Source: Botryllus schlosseri
Lineage: Eukaryota
Reading direction: 5' to 3'
NCBI GenBank assembly: GCA_051294905.1
Contig: CM119371.1
Coordinates: forward strand, 10,852,001 to 10,916,000
Length of the DNA: 64,000 bases
Below the pieces are notes generated by a model that made no database searches, was not told the DNA's origin, and was given only the letters and a program-made list of their open reading frames with translations. The position numbers and the translations under genes were made by a program. This document shows, in pieces, positions 1-12,502 of this stretch. Each line of letters opens with the position of its first letter. Position 1 is the stretch's first letter.

Positions 1-872
1 TTTTACTAAGGAATATGTTATAGGAAATATCCAAATATCGGCTTAACTAAATTGTTGTTGCATCGTGTAATAGTTGAGCGTTCTGACCCCGAGGAAACGC
101 CGGTTAATAAAAACCTCGTTAATACTATTTGCGTTTATTGAAAATAGTTCCAGATTTTCTGTGTTGTCAATGATATTGAAAAAAAAATACTGAACACCGT
201 CCTGAAAATATATGAATCTATCACGACAAGTTTATAGGTGCAAGATATGCGTGGTTGGGTGGTCATGGTCAGTATGACTCGAAAATAGCCCGCGATCGCT
301 TGCATCACTCAGTCCAGGTACTTTGAAGACGGTGCATGTTTAGGAAGTTGCCCGATTCGACTGATATTAGAATCATAGATATATGTGAACAGTCCACAGA
401 AAGTTTTTAAATTATGGGTGCGCGCATCGCCGATTTCACGATAGGACGTTTCGCCACTAATACTAGTATTACAGTTATCATTATAGTAGGGTTACGATAT
501 TTTGAGATACGGATAGAAGCGAGTTTTTGACAGGCTGCGAAAGGTACTACAGCGAACCAGAGAATAGGAGAATTTAATATTTATAAAGCAACTATCTTTT
601 TGTCGACTTGAAAATATTATTTTCCGATTCGACTCCCGAAATACCCTTCGTACGTCGTTAAGGCCAACATTTCCGTCTTTCTCGTGGCCTTTTTGACTAT
701 TTTATTCTAAAAAAGAGGACGAATTGCCAAAGAGGAGTAGATTTGGAAGAAAAGGACGACATTTCTTAAAAATGGGGAACGGACGTATGGTTACTCTACA
801 TTCAATAGTCTAGTACTCTAGTTCATAAGATCTCATGAACTGATAACAACAGCATGATATTCCACCACATAC

Positions 873-947
873 CATCATAGCTCGATACACCTTCGTGTAT
901 ATCGGGTGGAAATGTTGCTGTTGTTGCTGCTGATTCGTTTGTTGAAC
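873..947 (-). CDS. Gene A exon 3: Ser/Thr-rich stalk exon (G)STNESAATTATFPPDIHEGVSSYD
   Basis: Acceptor TATTTCAG, donor GTATGT, 75 nt, phase 1-1, in frame with the upstream lectin exon. Its start (TTTCAG|GT TCA ACA) resembles gene C exon 3 (TTTCAG|CT TCA ACA). Its end (SYD) resembles the TYN/QYN ends of the B/C stalk exons. Downstream exons not found in the window. Confidence 0.6.
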
Positions 948-1679
948 CTGAAATACAATTATGTGCTGTTAGTTCGAGTCATGGCGACGCTATTTTTGTG
1001 ATAAAACGATTATGTAGTTAACAATTGTGCTGACTTGATATTTCAGCAGTGACATAAAAGCACGACGCGACGCTGTCAAAGTAATACGTCTGAAACTCGC
1101 AATAGCCGTTACCTAGGCTTACCATATGTCCTCTTTTAGTAGGCTTTTTGCTCTTTTTACAAGAGCAGTTAATGGCCCTCCGATGACGTTAAAAATACCA
1201 TAATATCCCATTATTTGCATTTCGAGGTTGCTGGTTGTATTCGCAACCGGAATTTTGGGCGAGACGTTGTATACTTCGGGAAAAACTAGCGTATCCATGG
1301 CAAATCCAAAATTTGTGATTTTTAAAAGGTTTTCCAGCAAATTGTGAGGACCTGACGCAATTCTTTCTTCAATGCAGTCGCAATGGCGCAGAGAAATGAA
1401 GTTTTGAGCACGAGGCTGTATACAATTTCAATGATATTTTGCGTAAACAATTTCACTGTCTCATTAAAAATACCCATGCCTAATGGGCAAAATTTAAAGG
1501 ATTCGCAACGTATTTTTGGGCGGACACGACAAAATATGATTAGTCGTTTTTGTTCCTAATTACTTTGCTTTGTTTTGCTTACATATACCGAGGAAATGTG
1601 GAACATCATCAAACTGAAATGTAACAAGTAATCAATCGGTTGAGTTTGTTAAAAGATGCGTTTTATTATTCCAATATAC

Positions 1680-1858
1680 CTCTATCTACACAATTGTACT
1701 CGATTTCCACATATCCCTTAACTTGTTCACAGAGTGAGGCGAAATCGTTATCATCCTTCTTCGGTAGCAGGCACGATTCGTGATTCTCGCAAGAATTCTT
1801 CAATATGTTTAGACCATCCGGTCGGTTGCATGTTTTCTTATTCCACCACCAGCCGCAT
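1680..1858 (-). CDS. Gene A exon 2: C-terminal half of SUEL/Gal_Lectin domain (CGWWWNKKTCNRPDGLNILKNSCENHESCLLPKKDDNDFASLCEQVKGYVEIEYNCVDR)
   Basis: Acceptor CACAG, donor G|GTATAT, 179 nt, phase 2-1. The six-Cys spacing and Y-x-x-x-x-Y-x-C end match SUEL domains and exon 2 of paralogues B and C. Confidence 0.8.
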
Positions 1859-2166
1859 CTGTGTGAATACATGCGTGTAATCATCAGGAACGATGGGCGA
1901 TTGTTTAAAAAGTGAGTATCAATATCAAAATATTGGAACCATCATGAAAACCAATGAAGAGTTCAAACGTTTACGTAGAAACATAGTTTCATAATAGCGA
2001 GAGATTGGAAATAACGGGTGTATAAGCGATGGTGGCATATTAGCGAGGCGAGTCAATAGTGACACAATAACAAAAGCTAGAATTCCAAGATTGTCCTTAA
2101 TAAAGCTACATCGAGTTACGCTCTGTAGAAAGTGATATGGGATGTGACAATCACAAATGCACTTAC

Positions 2167-2281
2167 TTTTTCTCCTTCGATGGTTTCGCAGAGGTGACGG
2201 TAATAACTTTACCGTGGCGACACGACATCGTATTTGGTAGATCAGCATCACACGCCTTGACGGTACCCATTTCTGATAGGT
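2167..2281 (-). CDS. Gene A exon 1: N-terminal half of SUEL/Gal_Lectin domain (LSEMGTVKACDADLPNTMSCRHGKVITVTSAKPSKEK)
   Basis: Acceptor CCTTCAG, donor GTAAGT, ends in phase 2 and joins exon 2 in frame (AA|A TGC = K-C). Same two-Cys spacing as B/C exon 1. Met lies 6 residues before the first Cys, as in B and C. Confidence 0.75.
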
Positions 2282-3141
2282 CTGAAGGTTATTGTATTGG
2301 TACAAGATATCTGTCAGTTTATTACAATTATCGCCTTGTTCGAAAGGAACTGAAGTGCGTGGACCGCCCCGAAAAAAAATATAATTTTTCAAGTATCCAT
2401 TGGTATGCGTTATATTTATAAATTAAATTCGAAGTAAACGAATCTAGAAGATCGGTGTCAACAAAGTTGGTAAATCTCTATCCCTAAGCACAATCTTGAC
2501 ATAGACACAATAGTACGTAGCGCTGATATAAAGTCGAATCCATTCACGTATTCTCCGTTAATTAGTAGGTTCAGAGTAAACTACGGTCAGAGATGGTAAG
2601 TGAATAATTAAAAAAAAATTCATAATAAAATAATTTTTGCCTACTTTTTCAATTCGTCATGCTTTTGATTGCTTCTACTTATGCTGCCTAACATCTTTAG
2701 GAAAAATTACTTACCATTTTAAGGTGAATTTTGTCAAGTATAGCAATCTTTTATGGGAAAAGTTGATACAAACTTGACAAAATAACCCCTGTATGTACCA
2801 AATAATCAAATAGATGTTCGAAAACTGCGCCAATTTGAAGCGCCATTTATCATCACCATAGCCTCCATCGCGAAGATGCATCCAGCGATATCGATACTAT
2901 TCAATTCACCTTTGATTGACTGCTGAATTATTTGACACCTTTCGATTGAGCCTATTCATTGATAATACTTGTTACTTTAGTACAGTGGTTCCCAACCTTT
3001 TTCCACCCACGTACCATTTCGAGGTTTTATGCAGTGCTCGCGTACCACCTATGTAAGTTACGTGCGTTTCCACCATTTATGACGTCATACTCACGTATTG
3101 GACCTATGCGAGGTGTATGAACAAATTCTACTAAACTAGGC

Positions 3142-4441
3142 CAGGGATGCCAAACATACGGCCTGTGGACCGGATCCGGCCCGCTAGACGACTTTATCCA
3201 GCCCGCATAGCAATTCTGAGTACATTGAAAAATATTATATTTTCCATCACATCTACAGTAATAAACCAAATTACAACGTCCGCGTTGACAGTTAAATATC
3301 TTGTATTCATCACAACGCTTACGCAGGTCCAACGCCAGATCATGACTAACGCAGGGGTGGCCAACCTTTTTGCCATTCACGACCGCAGTTCGACTACTCG
3401 TGTAGCCTGCGGCCGCATTCCAGGGCATAGTCGTAATGAACGAGCTGGACGCCGAATACCCTGGTTAATGTGTCTATGTCCATTTCTGGTGAACTCCGGA
3501 CTAATCTATTTAATGATAGGCTTATTATGCGCACCAAAATCGCGAGTGGTCACTGGTAATGTTAAGGAAGGAAGCGCCCATAGTCGCGCGAAGCTCGAAA
3601 AAATTCAGATTCACCAATGAATTTCGTCATTGATATTAGTAGTTTTGCATATTACCATCAAACATTTATCCGTCCTCACCCCGTGTGATCAGATTCACTG
3701 GTATAGAGTTGATGTAAGGGTGTTTTCGAAAATTTAAATCAAGTTATAAATTATGATGCATCTTCGGGTGGGCCAAATGGTATTAATCACTTCGTAGCAT
3801 GCTAATATTTCTTGACCTCCCATCAGCATTAGTTTAGTTAGTGAGGAGCACACGATTCCGAGCTTACATTTCCATGTGAGGCGCATAATTTTCACTGATG
3901 TTCGCATCTGTATTGTGGGGCTTTGATTGCAAAGGGTGCTACTATATTAAAATCGAAAAATGTAGTTGCATTGAATCGCACCCGGCGCGAAGAAAATTTC
4001 AAGATTTATTAAAATCTTTCAAGAAATCGGGAGTAAGCTCGTAAATTCGTATTGCATGACGACGGCCGCCAACACGTACTAATTGAATTGCGTGTCTACG
4101 CCCGCACAAATTCCCTCTTACGGCCGCAGGTTGACTACCCCTGGACTAAATCAAAGGGAACACTGAAATATGTCTACTTGTATCGTCGGTAATGCCGACT
4201 GTATTCCACCGGACAAACATCGTATTTTCGCCAATTTCATTGCTCGCAAATAATGGTGTTGCGACTCGCTAGAATGAAACCTCTACGATCCGTGTATTAT
4301 CTATATATGCTTGATAATAAAGTATTCAAGCGAGAAGCAATCGCACGAGGCAACATTTTGAATACCGTTGACTGAATCGGCCTGCAAGTGATTTCATGAC
4401 TTCGATCCGGCCCGCGATGCAATTTGAGTTTGACACCCCTG
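3142..4441. mobile_element. hAT MITE nested in 2983-4898
   Basis: TIRs CAGGGATGCCAAAC / GTTTGACACCCCTG, GGCCCGC subterminal motifs, TSD AACTAGGC/CACTAGGC. Confidence 0.85.
3352..4143. mobile_element. hAT MITE nested in 3142-4441 (same family as 41138-41674)
   Basis: TIRs CAGGGGTGGCCAACC / GGTTGACTACCCCTG, TSD GACTAACG/GACTAAAT. Homologous in reverse orientation to 41138-41674. Confidence 0.8.
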
Positions 4442-4554
4442 CACTAGGCATCATCAGCCAGGGTTGATGGGATGTATGGAAATGTTTTTTTAACCACCAG
4501 TGACAAGAAGAACAACATAATGAAATAAAAACACACAGCAAAGGTCAATTTATT

Positions 4555-4770
4555 ACTTGCGATGACTGCATTTGTTTATTTTCCGCTAGCTTGTCGATGC
4601 ATGGCATATACGTTTGCTTACAGCGCATCGAAAGTCATGTATGGGTGCAACAAGTCGGTTTCGTTTCTTCGACGTGATTGTCATCAGGGATGAAAATCCT
4701 TGCTCGCATCCCCACGTATATGGGAAAATTAGCAGCTGGGGAATAGCGTGAGACGACGGCTTCAAAAAAC
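4555..4770 (-). pseudogene. Remnant of a hAT (Buster/Charlie/ZBED5-like) transposase C-terminal dimerisation domain
   Basis: Translation AIPQLLIFPYTWGCEQGFSSLMTITSKKRNRL...DFRCAVS, then frameshifted DKLAENKQMQSS. Fits the hAT CExxFS...KxRNRL motif and lies inside 2983-4898. Confidence 0.85.
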
Positions 4771-6011
4771 TCAAAATCAACCTCATCAGAACTAATAACT
4801 CCCTTCAATCGAAAAAAAAAACAGAATCTACTCGCGTACCACCTGGAAGACTTTCGCGTACCACTAGTGGTACGCGTACCACAGGTTGGTAACCCCTGCT
4901 TTAGTACTTTCAAACCTCCATTTTCCATTTCGAGTTGAAGTAGCTTCCTTTTCCTCCAATCGTCTGCTATTAGAAACATTCAAACTTTCTACTTTAGTAC
5001 CAACGGCAAATAATTTGATCATATATGAATATTTTATTCAAGTATCCATCAAGTATCGCCAGTATCTAAGCGTTACAATCTAACTATCTGAGAGGTGATT
5101 GCTTCAAATGTTCCGTGACAGAAAGCAGCACCAATTCTGGTATCAATATCCCTGACTCCCACTTGTAGACATAATCTGCTTACTGCTTACTCTGCTACTG
5201 CAAGATCGTACATTTCTGTTATAAATCACAGCGAGGGAATATGGAACCTTTTAGCCCCCTTCGATATAAGATGCTTATTCAGACGTATCACCCACTAATA
5301 GAGACATATACATGCATTCATAAGACATAAGACATGAGACATCCATTCATAAGTTTATCGAAACTTTTAAACCAATATACTATGTTTGCAAATGACACCT
5401 TAAGACGGATCATCGCTCTCGGTTGAGTCGCACATTCCCGAAAAGCATAAGAGTGCAATTTCATGACTCAAACGATCACGTCAAATTTACAATGTAAGAG
5501 CGAATAGCCTATATGTAGCATATGTATAGTCGGTATTTGATCCTAAATGGAATAAAATGACCTATCGCTTCCTCAAGTCAACTCTGACAATAACACAAAG
5601 ACGTGCTAAAATATTGCAGAGCAACCCGACCCGTCATAACATGCGAAAGTAGAAGCCGCGTCCTGTGTTGATGTCAATGGTGATTCTGCACGTAAATATT
5701 TGACGATGCATGGCTATGAGTAGCAGTTTCCATCAATCACCATCACGGTGCTGCGATAATGTTAGTAGTATTAAACTATTGTAATCGAGCAACATAAAAT
5801 ATATATATTACGAAAGGTTAGTTAAGAATGACTGGAAGGAGGTTACTTTTGAATGGACTGCCTAACCATTACCTAACATTTTCCATGGTATTAGGGTCAA
5901 TTATGAAGACCACAATCACATCAACATCGACAACTACCGAATTTGTCATGCTCGACAGAGATATATGCTTTATTTCAATATCGGATATATCAAGCACATG
6001 CTTATATAGTA

Positions 6012-6973
6012 GGGGAGATGTGGTACCGATGGATCACTGGGACCGAAAATACTTGAAAAATTCTCCATGATAATTCCATGATTACACTCCGTGAATTTGT
6101 CTAGAATTACATGCTGGCAGAATCTTTCCCCACATGCAAAAAAAATCGACCTGCGTGAGTTATGGGGTCTGTGACGAATGATTTATGTTTTAGGGGGTGT
6201 AAAGTAAATTTGGATCGACACTTGCATTTTTCTATATCACCTTTCACACTAACAAACCCCCCATAATTTTTGATGTGGCGTGTAGGGCTTGTATCAGGGT
6301 ACATATTGGCACATATTTTTTAAATCAATACCATCATTGAGTGGACTATTTTCAAGTCAATTACAATATTTATGGGGTGGGGGACCTATGGTACCATAGC
6401 CAAATCAAGTAAAATAGATGGACCAACTAATCACTTATCAACATAAACTCGCCTACATATATATAGGCGGTAAATCATAGTTACCTGTGGTGTTTTATCA
6501 CTATTACGAGGTATTTGAAAGCCAAAATGTCGATTTGCGGGCAATATGTATGTGGCATTAATTTTTTACGTTTGGGCGTAAATAAAAACATGATTTTATG
6601 CCAACATTTGAGTTGATAAAATTTATTTTATTCTTGAAGGTCACGTCGAAACATTCTTCATTGACCTGCTCTAGCTTAGATTATAGTACACAACAAAATA
6701 AGTTGACAATTTTGAGTTTTTTAGCGTATGTCTCATAGGTCCCATGGTCGTGTGCCTTTGGACCCACCGTGTGGGGACCTATGACACGTTCGAGCAACAA
6801 ATTTTAAACGTTTATAAATATTTTTTGAAAAGGCGGATATTCATGTACATGTCTGCGATAGGTAGAGCTTGTATCGAAGTGTTGAGACAGCAACAGATCT
6901 GCTATTCTCGGCTGACGATTTGGGGGCCAGAGATCATTTTGCAATTTTTGATCCATCGGTACCACATCTCCCC
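6012..6973. mobile_element. ~960-bp TIR element flanked by TA (Tc1/mariner-pogo-like MITE), copy 1
   Basis: 25-bp TIR GGGGAGATGTGGTACCGATGGATCA and its reverse complement, TA on both sides. A close second copy lies at 9819-10784. Superfamily is inferred from the TA flanks only. Confidence 0.8.
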
Positions 6974-8503
6974 TATAAAGACAAAACGATGAAAACATCA
7001 AAATGCAGAGATGAAATGCCAGTTCATAAATGTGAGAGGCCACTTTCTTTCCACATACAATTTGCATTACATCAACAATATCATTACATCATACATTTCG
7101 CGATGGATGGTGATATATTGTCACGGTCGAATCAAAAACATTTGGTACAGAAGTTGAAAAATGGAAGGGATATTCAGACTAATGTTCATCCCAATATCTG
7201 AACTTCTCATAATCATCAAATCTATACTAAGGTTCGTACCTTGATTGATGATGACATCCTCGACATGCAATTGTACGAGATGTTGATGTACATTGTTAAT
7301 TTATGAATGGAGCGGATATCCTGCAATAGGGGTGCCAGACATACGAACAGCGAAGCAATTTTGAGTATAGATTGAATAAATGGGTGTATTATCGAGCATA
7401 TTTCTAACAGCAAATGTTGGCATTTTTGGTAAGAAATACTTCCGTTATATAATCCCTCAATACCGTATTTTCATGTTCATATGCCATAACTAACAGCGGT
7501 GTTGTTGGAACAGTCATTTACGTCGACACCCAAATTCGAGAAAACAAAAAAGTGCATGCTGATTACTGAGTTCCGAGTTTTATGGGGAAATAGACGCAAA
7601 ACTAGATATTCACAAAAGAAAAAACGCTGATGCAAAACCTTTATATGCACTATGCAGGTAACATGGATAATATAATAGTTACGTGGATGGCAGGGCTGAC
7701 GCCACGATACGACCAAATCAATGGGTGCATAGAAATATGACAACTCGTATCATCGTAAGAGCCTCTGTTTTAGCGGTTTATAACTGTATTCAGCCCTCAG
7801 TCATCCTAATATTGCTTTAATTCCATAGTGGATGAATAAGTGTGTAGCTGGAATAGAAACCCTGTGATACGTAATATGATGTGCTATAGACATACTATCG
7901 TTTGTATAGGCTTGATAATAAAGTTTGTTTTGGGGTATTCATGGTGTTTGTCGACTACTATGGTCATTTACACCAGGCCAATATTCTTATTATTTTCCGT
8001 AACTGCCGACTTATAGCACGGCCCACCTCTAGGCTTTCGTTAGACACCGCTGACGCGGATAATAAAGTATTCAAATTAAAAACAATGGTATGTGAGCGTA
8101 CTGGAGGTTTGAATGCGGTTTGGCAACCCTGTTTTACAACGTCGCAGACTGTTCCGATGTATTACTTTACCTGACTATAGATGCCACAATCCTTTAGCGA
8201 CCAATGCGTAATCGTAGTATATTGAATCTGATTCGGTGATGGTCTATCTTTTCATCATACCAGTCAAATAGATATGATCGCAATGCGATACAACTATGGT
8301 GACGACGGTTTTGCGGCAGCCAGCATTTTTTCATAAATCCACCGTATTAGGAATGCAGCTAATAAATTAAACGATATGTAGCATTGGACCCTCGCTGCAG
8401 CTACATAGGCTATATGTGTGGCATCGAGATCGATAGTCAAATGCATGCTCCACAATGCTGCTAGAATTTTAAAATATGAAAAGATCGTGCTCCAATGGAC
8501 ACT

Positions 8504-8729
8504 TCACAGATTCCCGTAAATAATGTTTTCTTTCATAACTTTATCGGCTGGATCTCTGTCGTGCAACTGAAGCGTGAACGTATCCGTACCGTCCATGGAG
8601 TATGGATTGTCGTCGCTTGCAGAATCGTCAGCTGTTGGGTTTGACTCGTAGCTTCTGTTTGTGCTTCCTTTCATTCCATAAATCTCGTTTTGCTGTTCTT
8701 CTGCAAAAACTTGTTGTTTGATGCATCGC
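8504..8729 (-). CDS. Gene B terminal exon: cytoplasmic tail (RCIKQQVFAEEQQNEIYGMKGSTNRSYESNPTADDSASDDNPYSMDGTDTFTLQLHDRDPADKVMKENIIYGNL*)
   Basis: Acceptor TTTACTTTTTAG, phase 2 matching the TM exon at 21377. Clear homology to gene C terminal exon (RC.K..V..EE.QNEIY.M.G and KxMxENIxYG). Confidence 0.85.
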
Positions 8730-9818
8730 CTAAAAAGTAAAGCGTAATGTCTTCATACTGGCAATGAGGCTACTATTAGAGTTGCATTTAAAACAAAAAT
8801 CAATTTACAACAAACATGTTTAAAACGAGGCCCCTAATTTAAATTATGTTTTTCATTGTTTTTTAAATTATTTTTAAAAGCCATGACGTCTCGAATATTC
8901 AATTTTGACGCCATAGTGGATTGACGTTGACAATTGAAAAAAATAGGGTAAAAATAGCTCCTTTGACGAAATATGTGTACTATTGTTGTTGAACCGAATA
9001 TTTTTAGGGTTTCAACCATCCTATATCGATAAACGTCCGCTAAATCGGGTGGTAATTGTCCTTAGGATCACACAACTTGTTTTTTGTAAAGTATTTACAC
9101 AATTATGGCATAATTTTACAATTACCAAAAAAATGTTATTTTTAAAAACGCCTTTTTTTAAACATTGTTTATAACATGTTTTAAACAAAGTGTTTTAAAA
9201 CACCGCTTGTTCTGAATGGAACCATAGTTACTATACGTCCTCTATTATCACGATTCGTCCTCTTTTTTTGCCTTTTACAAAAGTGTCCCCGGAGGACGAT
9301 CAAATGTCTTATATTTTAAAAAATTTTGCTCTTTTTTGAGAATTTGGTGCAATATAGGGTAAAATTCGACTGAGATACAGTACATCATCACTGAAATAAC
9401 GCTCCGGTGGCTATTTTGGGAGCTGAGTCGGAAAGTTGACTTTTTTTTGTCAACCAACCACAAATTCGGGAAAAATTTACCATTTTTCCGGATTTTACTC
9501 CAGCAATGTAAGTATGAAAATTTTGGAAAGGAGTCCTTTTTCAGATTTCCAAAATATGGTAACCCTACGTCACAGGTCTCAAACTCAAATGTACTCGCAG
9601 ATCAATTTCCTACTTTTTGATTGCGCCGCGGGCCGCAGCACCAATAATAGGGGAGTTTAATGCATTTCCGAGTATAGGCCTTATTTGACGGGGCCTTCTA
9701 GACTGACATTCTAAACGTATCGGGGAAATATGATTCACTATTGTGAATTCACGCCTTGCACGAGAAAAATTAAATTTTAAAATATTTGAATAAAATTCTT
9801 ACTGCACTTGGCATAGTA

Positions 9819-10784
9819 GAAGAGATGTGGTACCGATGGATCACTGGGACCGAAAATACTTGAAAAATTCACCATGATAATTCCATAATTACACTCCGTG
9901 AATTTGTCTACAATGACATGCTGACAGAATCTTTCCTCACATGCAAAAAAATTCGACCTGCGTGAGTTATTTGGTCCGTGACAAATGATTTACGTTTTAT
10001 GGGGTGTAAAGTAAATTTGGATCGACATTTGCATTTCTCTATATCATCTTTCAGGCTGACAAACCCGCCATGATTTTTGATGTGAAGTATAGGGTTTGTA
10101 TCAAGGTATATAATGGCACATATTTTTTTAATCAATACCATCCTCGAGTGGACTATTTTCAAGTCAATTACAATAGTTATGGGATGGGGGACCTATGCTA
10201 CCATAGCCAAATCAAGCAAAATAGATGGACCAACTAATCACTCAACATCAGAAACTCGCCCACACATATATAGGCTGTAAATCAAAGTTACCTGTGGTGT
10301 TTCATCGCTATTACGAGGTATTTGAAAGTCAAAATGTCGATTTGCGGGTAATATATATGTGGCATTAATTTTGTAAATTGAAGCGTAAATCAAAACATGA
10401 TTTTATGCCAACATTTGAGTTGATATAATCTATTTTATTCTTGAAGGTAGCAACGAAACATTCTTCATTGGCTTGCTGTAGCTTAGCTTAAAGTACACAA
10501 CAACAAAAAGTGACAAATTTGAGTTTTTGAGAGTATGAATCATAGGTCCCATGGTCGTGTGCCATAGGACCCACCGGGTGGGGACCGATGACACGTTCGA
10601 GCAACAAATTTTAAACGTTTATAAATATTTTTTTTAAACGCGGATATTCATATATGTAAATGTCTGCGATAGGTAGAGCTTGTATGGAAGTGTTGAGACA
10701 GCAAAAGATATGCTATTCTCGGTTGAAGATTTGAGGGCCAGAGATCATTTTGCAATTTTTGATCCATCGGTACCACATCTCCCC
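9819..10784. mobile_element. ~960-bp TIR element, copy 2
   Basis: Colinear with 6012-6973 along its whole length, same TIR with two substitutions at the left end, TA flanks. Confidence 0.8.
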
Positions 10785-11039
10785 TAGTTGTATGTTTAGT
10801 TTTGGACACCATGCGAGAGTACAAATGCATCAGGACATCCTAACAGCTATCGCGTTACAATTTAGCAGCTATAGCGTACGATTGACGTGTCAGAAATGTA
10901 GGTATAATCTTTCAGAATTTCAAAGGGATTGATCTGGTATCAGAGCATTGGAGCAGTACAGCCTAATCCGGGTTTCGGGCATACTCCTTATAACTCGGAT
11001 ATTGATCAAGTCAAATTAAATCGGCGTTAGATTTACCCT

Positions 11040-11874
11040 TGTAGCGTACCGCTCCATGACTAACCCATAATTACCCTCGCTGATGACTGATTACGTTACT
11101 GCTACGTCTTGTTGTGTTGTACTCTTTTATGCAGTCGCTTTTAGTCACCGTCCGAGCCAGTCGTCTTTTAGTATCCGTTGGATGAGCATCGTCATGTTTT
11201 AGTCGTTTTATTAAAAGAGCAATGCTGACTTGTCTACTTTGACTTATCGAGCCGCGGACCAAGAAGAACGCGCGCCAACGACAGAGCACGCTATATTTTG
11301 GTGACCCCATAACTGACAAATCCGGCTTCCACCGAAACAAACCACGACTCCGGCGAATGGGACCAGAAATTGACCACCGGTGGCGGCATCCTCGGGGTAC
11401 CATTGAAATTCGCTGAGTTCGCAATATCGTCTATCGATAGTTGTCGTCGTTGTCGTCGAGAAGACATTTCAAATACAGCAGAGAGTGAGCAAGGGATTCG
11501 AGTCGGCGAGTGCACGTTGGGTTCGAGTCGGCTGGCGAATCACGTCAGCTAGGATGGCCAGCGAAATTACGTCGGCTTCTGATCACGTCGGCTTCTGATC
11601 ACGTCGGGGTCACCAAAATATAGCGTGCTCTGTCGTTGGCGCGCGTTCTTCTTGGTCCGCGGCTCGATAAGTCAAAGTAGACAAGTCAGCATTGCTCTTT
11701 TAATAAAACGACTAAAACATGACGATGCTCATCCGACGGATACTAAAAGACGACTGGCTCGGACGGTGACTAAAAGCGACTGCATAAAAGAGTACAACAC
11801 AACAAGACGTAGCAGTAACGTAATCAGTCGTCAGCGAGGGTAATTATGGGTTAGTCATGGAGCGGTACGCTACA
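11040..11874. mobile_element. Non-autonomous long-TIR element, Ginger-like
   Basis: 269-bp TIRs (11040-11308 and 11606-11874; two mismatches seen), TGTAG...CTACA termini, 4-bp flanks CCCT/CCTT, ~300-bp GC-richer core. Confidence 0.7.
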
Positions 11875-12502
11875 CCTTCAAATATAGTAACAGATATAAA
11901 ACAACTTGAATGTATATATTTTGATTACTGTGCCATAACAATAGAGATGTCCAATCGTCGAAGAATCCACTGGTGTTCCAGCTGTCAAGCGTCTATATGC
12001 TACGACTACGTTATACTCACCACAGTTAATTGGAGAAAATGACAAGGATAAAGATACCCAAGTGATGACACTATGATGATGACACTATACATCAAGAGGA
12101 CAGCACTATGCCAATGGTTTAGATATTCAAATAAGCTACGCAACACAAGCTGAGACCTTTTGATGTATTATAGGGTTGCCCTACGTCCTGAATTTCCCGG
12201 ACATTTCCGGAATTTCTCTGTTGAAACTGCGTCCGGGTGGAATTTCTAAATTATGCCCAAATGTCCGGGATTTTGAAGTCTTGAAGTAAGCTCATAATTT
12301 TTCGTAAATCAACATAAACAATATTGTTTTGGGGCAGATCTATCCTACATGAAATTTCTCTTATGTTGGTTTTAATATGGGGAAGGGAACCCTCGCAAAA
12401 ACGACAATCAAAAACACATGAAAATAACATTTACTTACAAAAATAGGGAGAATTGTAATCGCAATTACAAGATAGCGGTATATTCATAGAGTCGGTTTAA
12501 GC

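Larger units (their letters stand above)
2983..4898. mobile_element. Non-autonomous hAT (Buster/Charlie-type) element hosting two nested elements
   Basis: TIRs CAGTGGTTCCCAACC / GGTTGGTAACCCCTG with a perfect 8-bp TSD CTTTAGTA. Confidence 0.9.

Noticed and set aside
304..360. Possible terminal exon of gene A (ESGNFLNMHRLQSTWTE*)
   Set aside because: Phase-compatible but weak acceptor and no similarity to the B/C TM or tail exons; gene A may continue beyond the window edge.
11071..11843. Two ORFs sharing the peptide LCRWRAFFLVRGSISQ...
   Set aside because: Artefact of the 269-bp inverted repeat; no recognisable domain.
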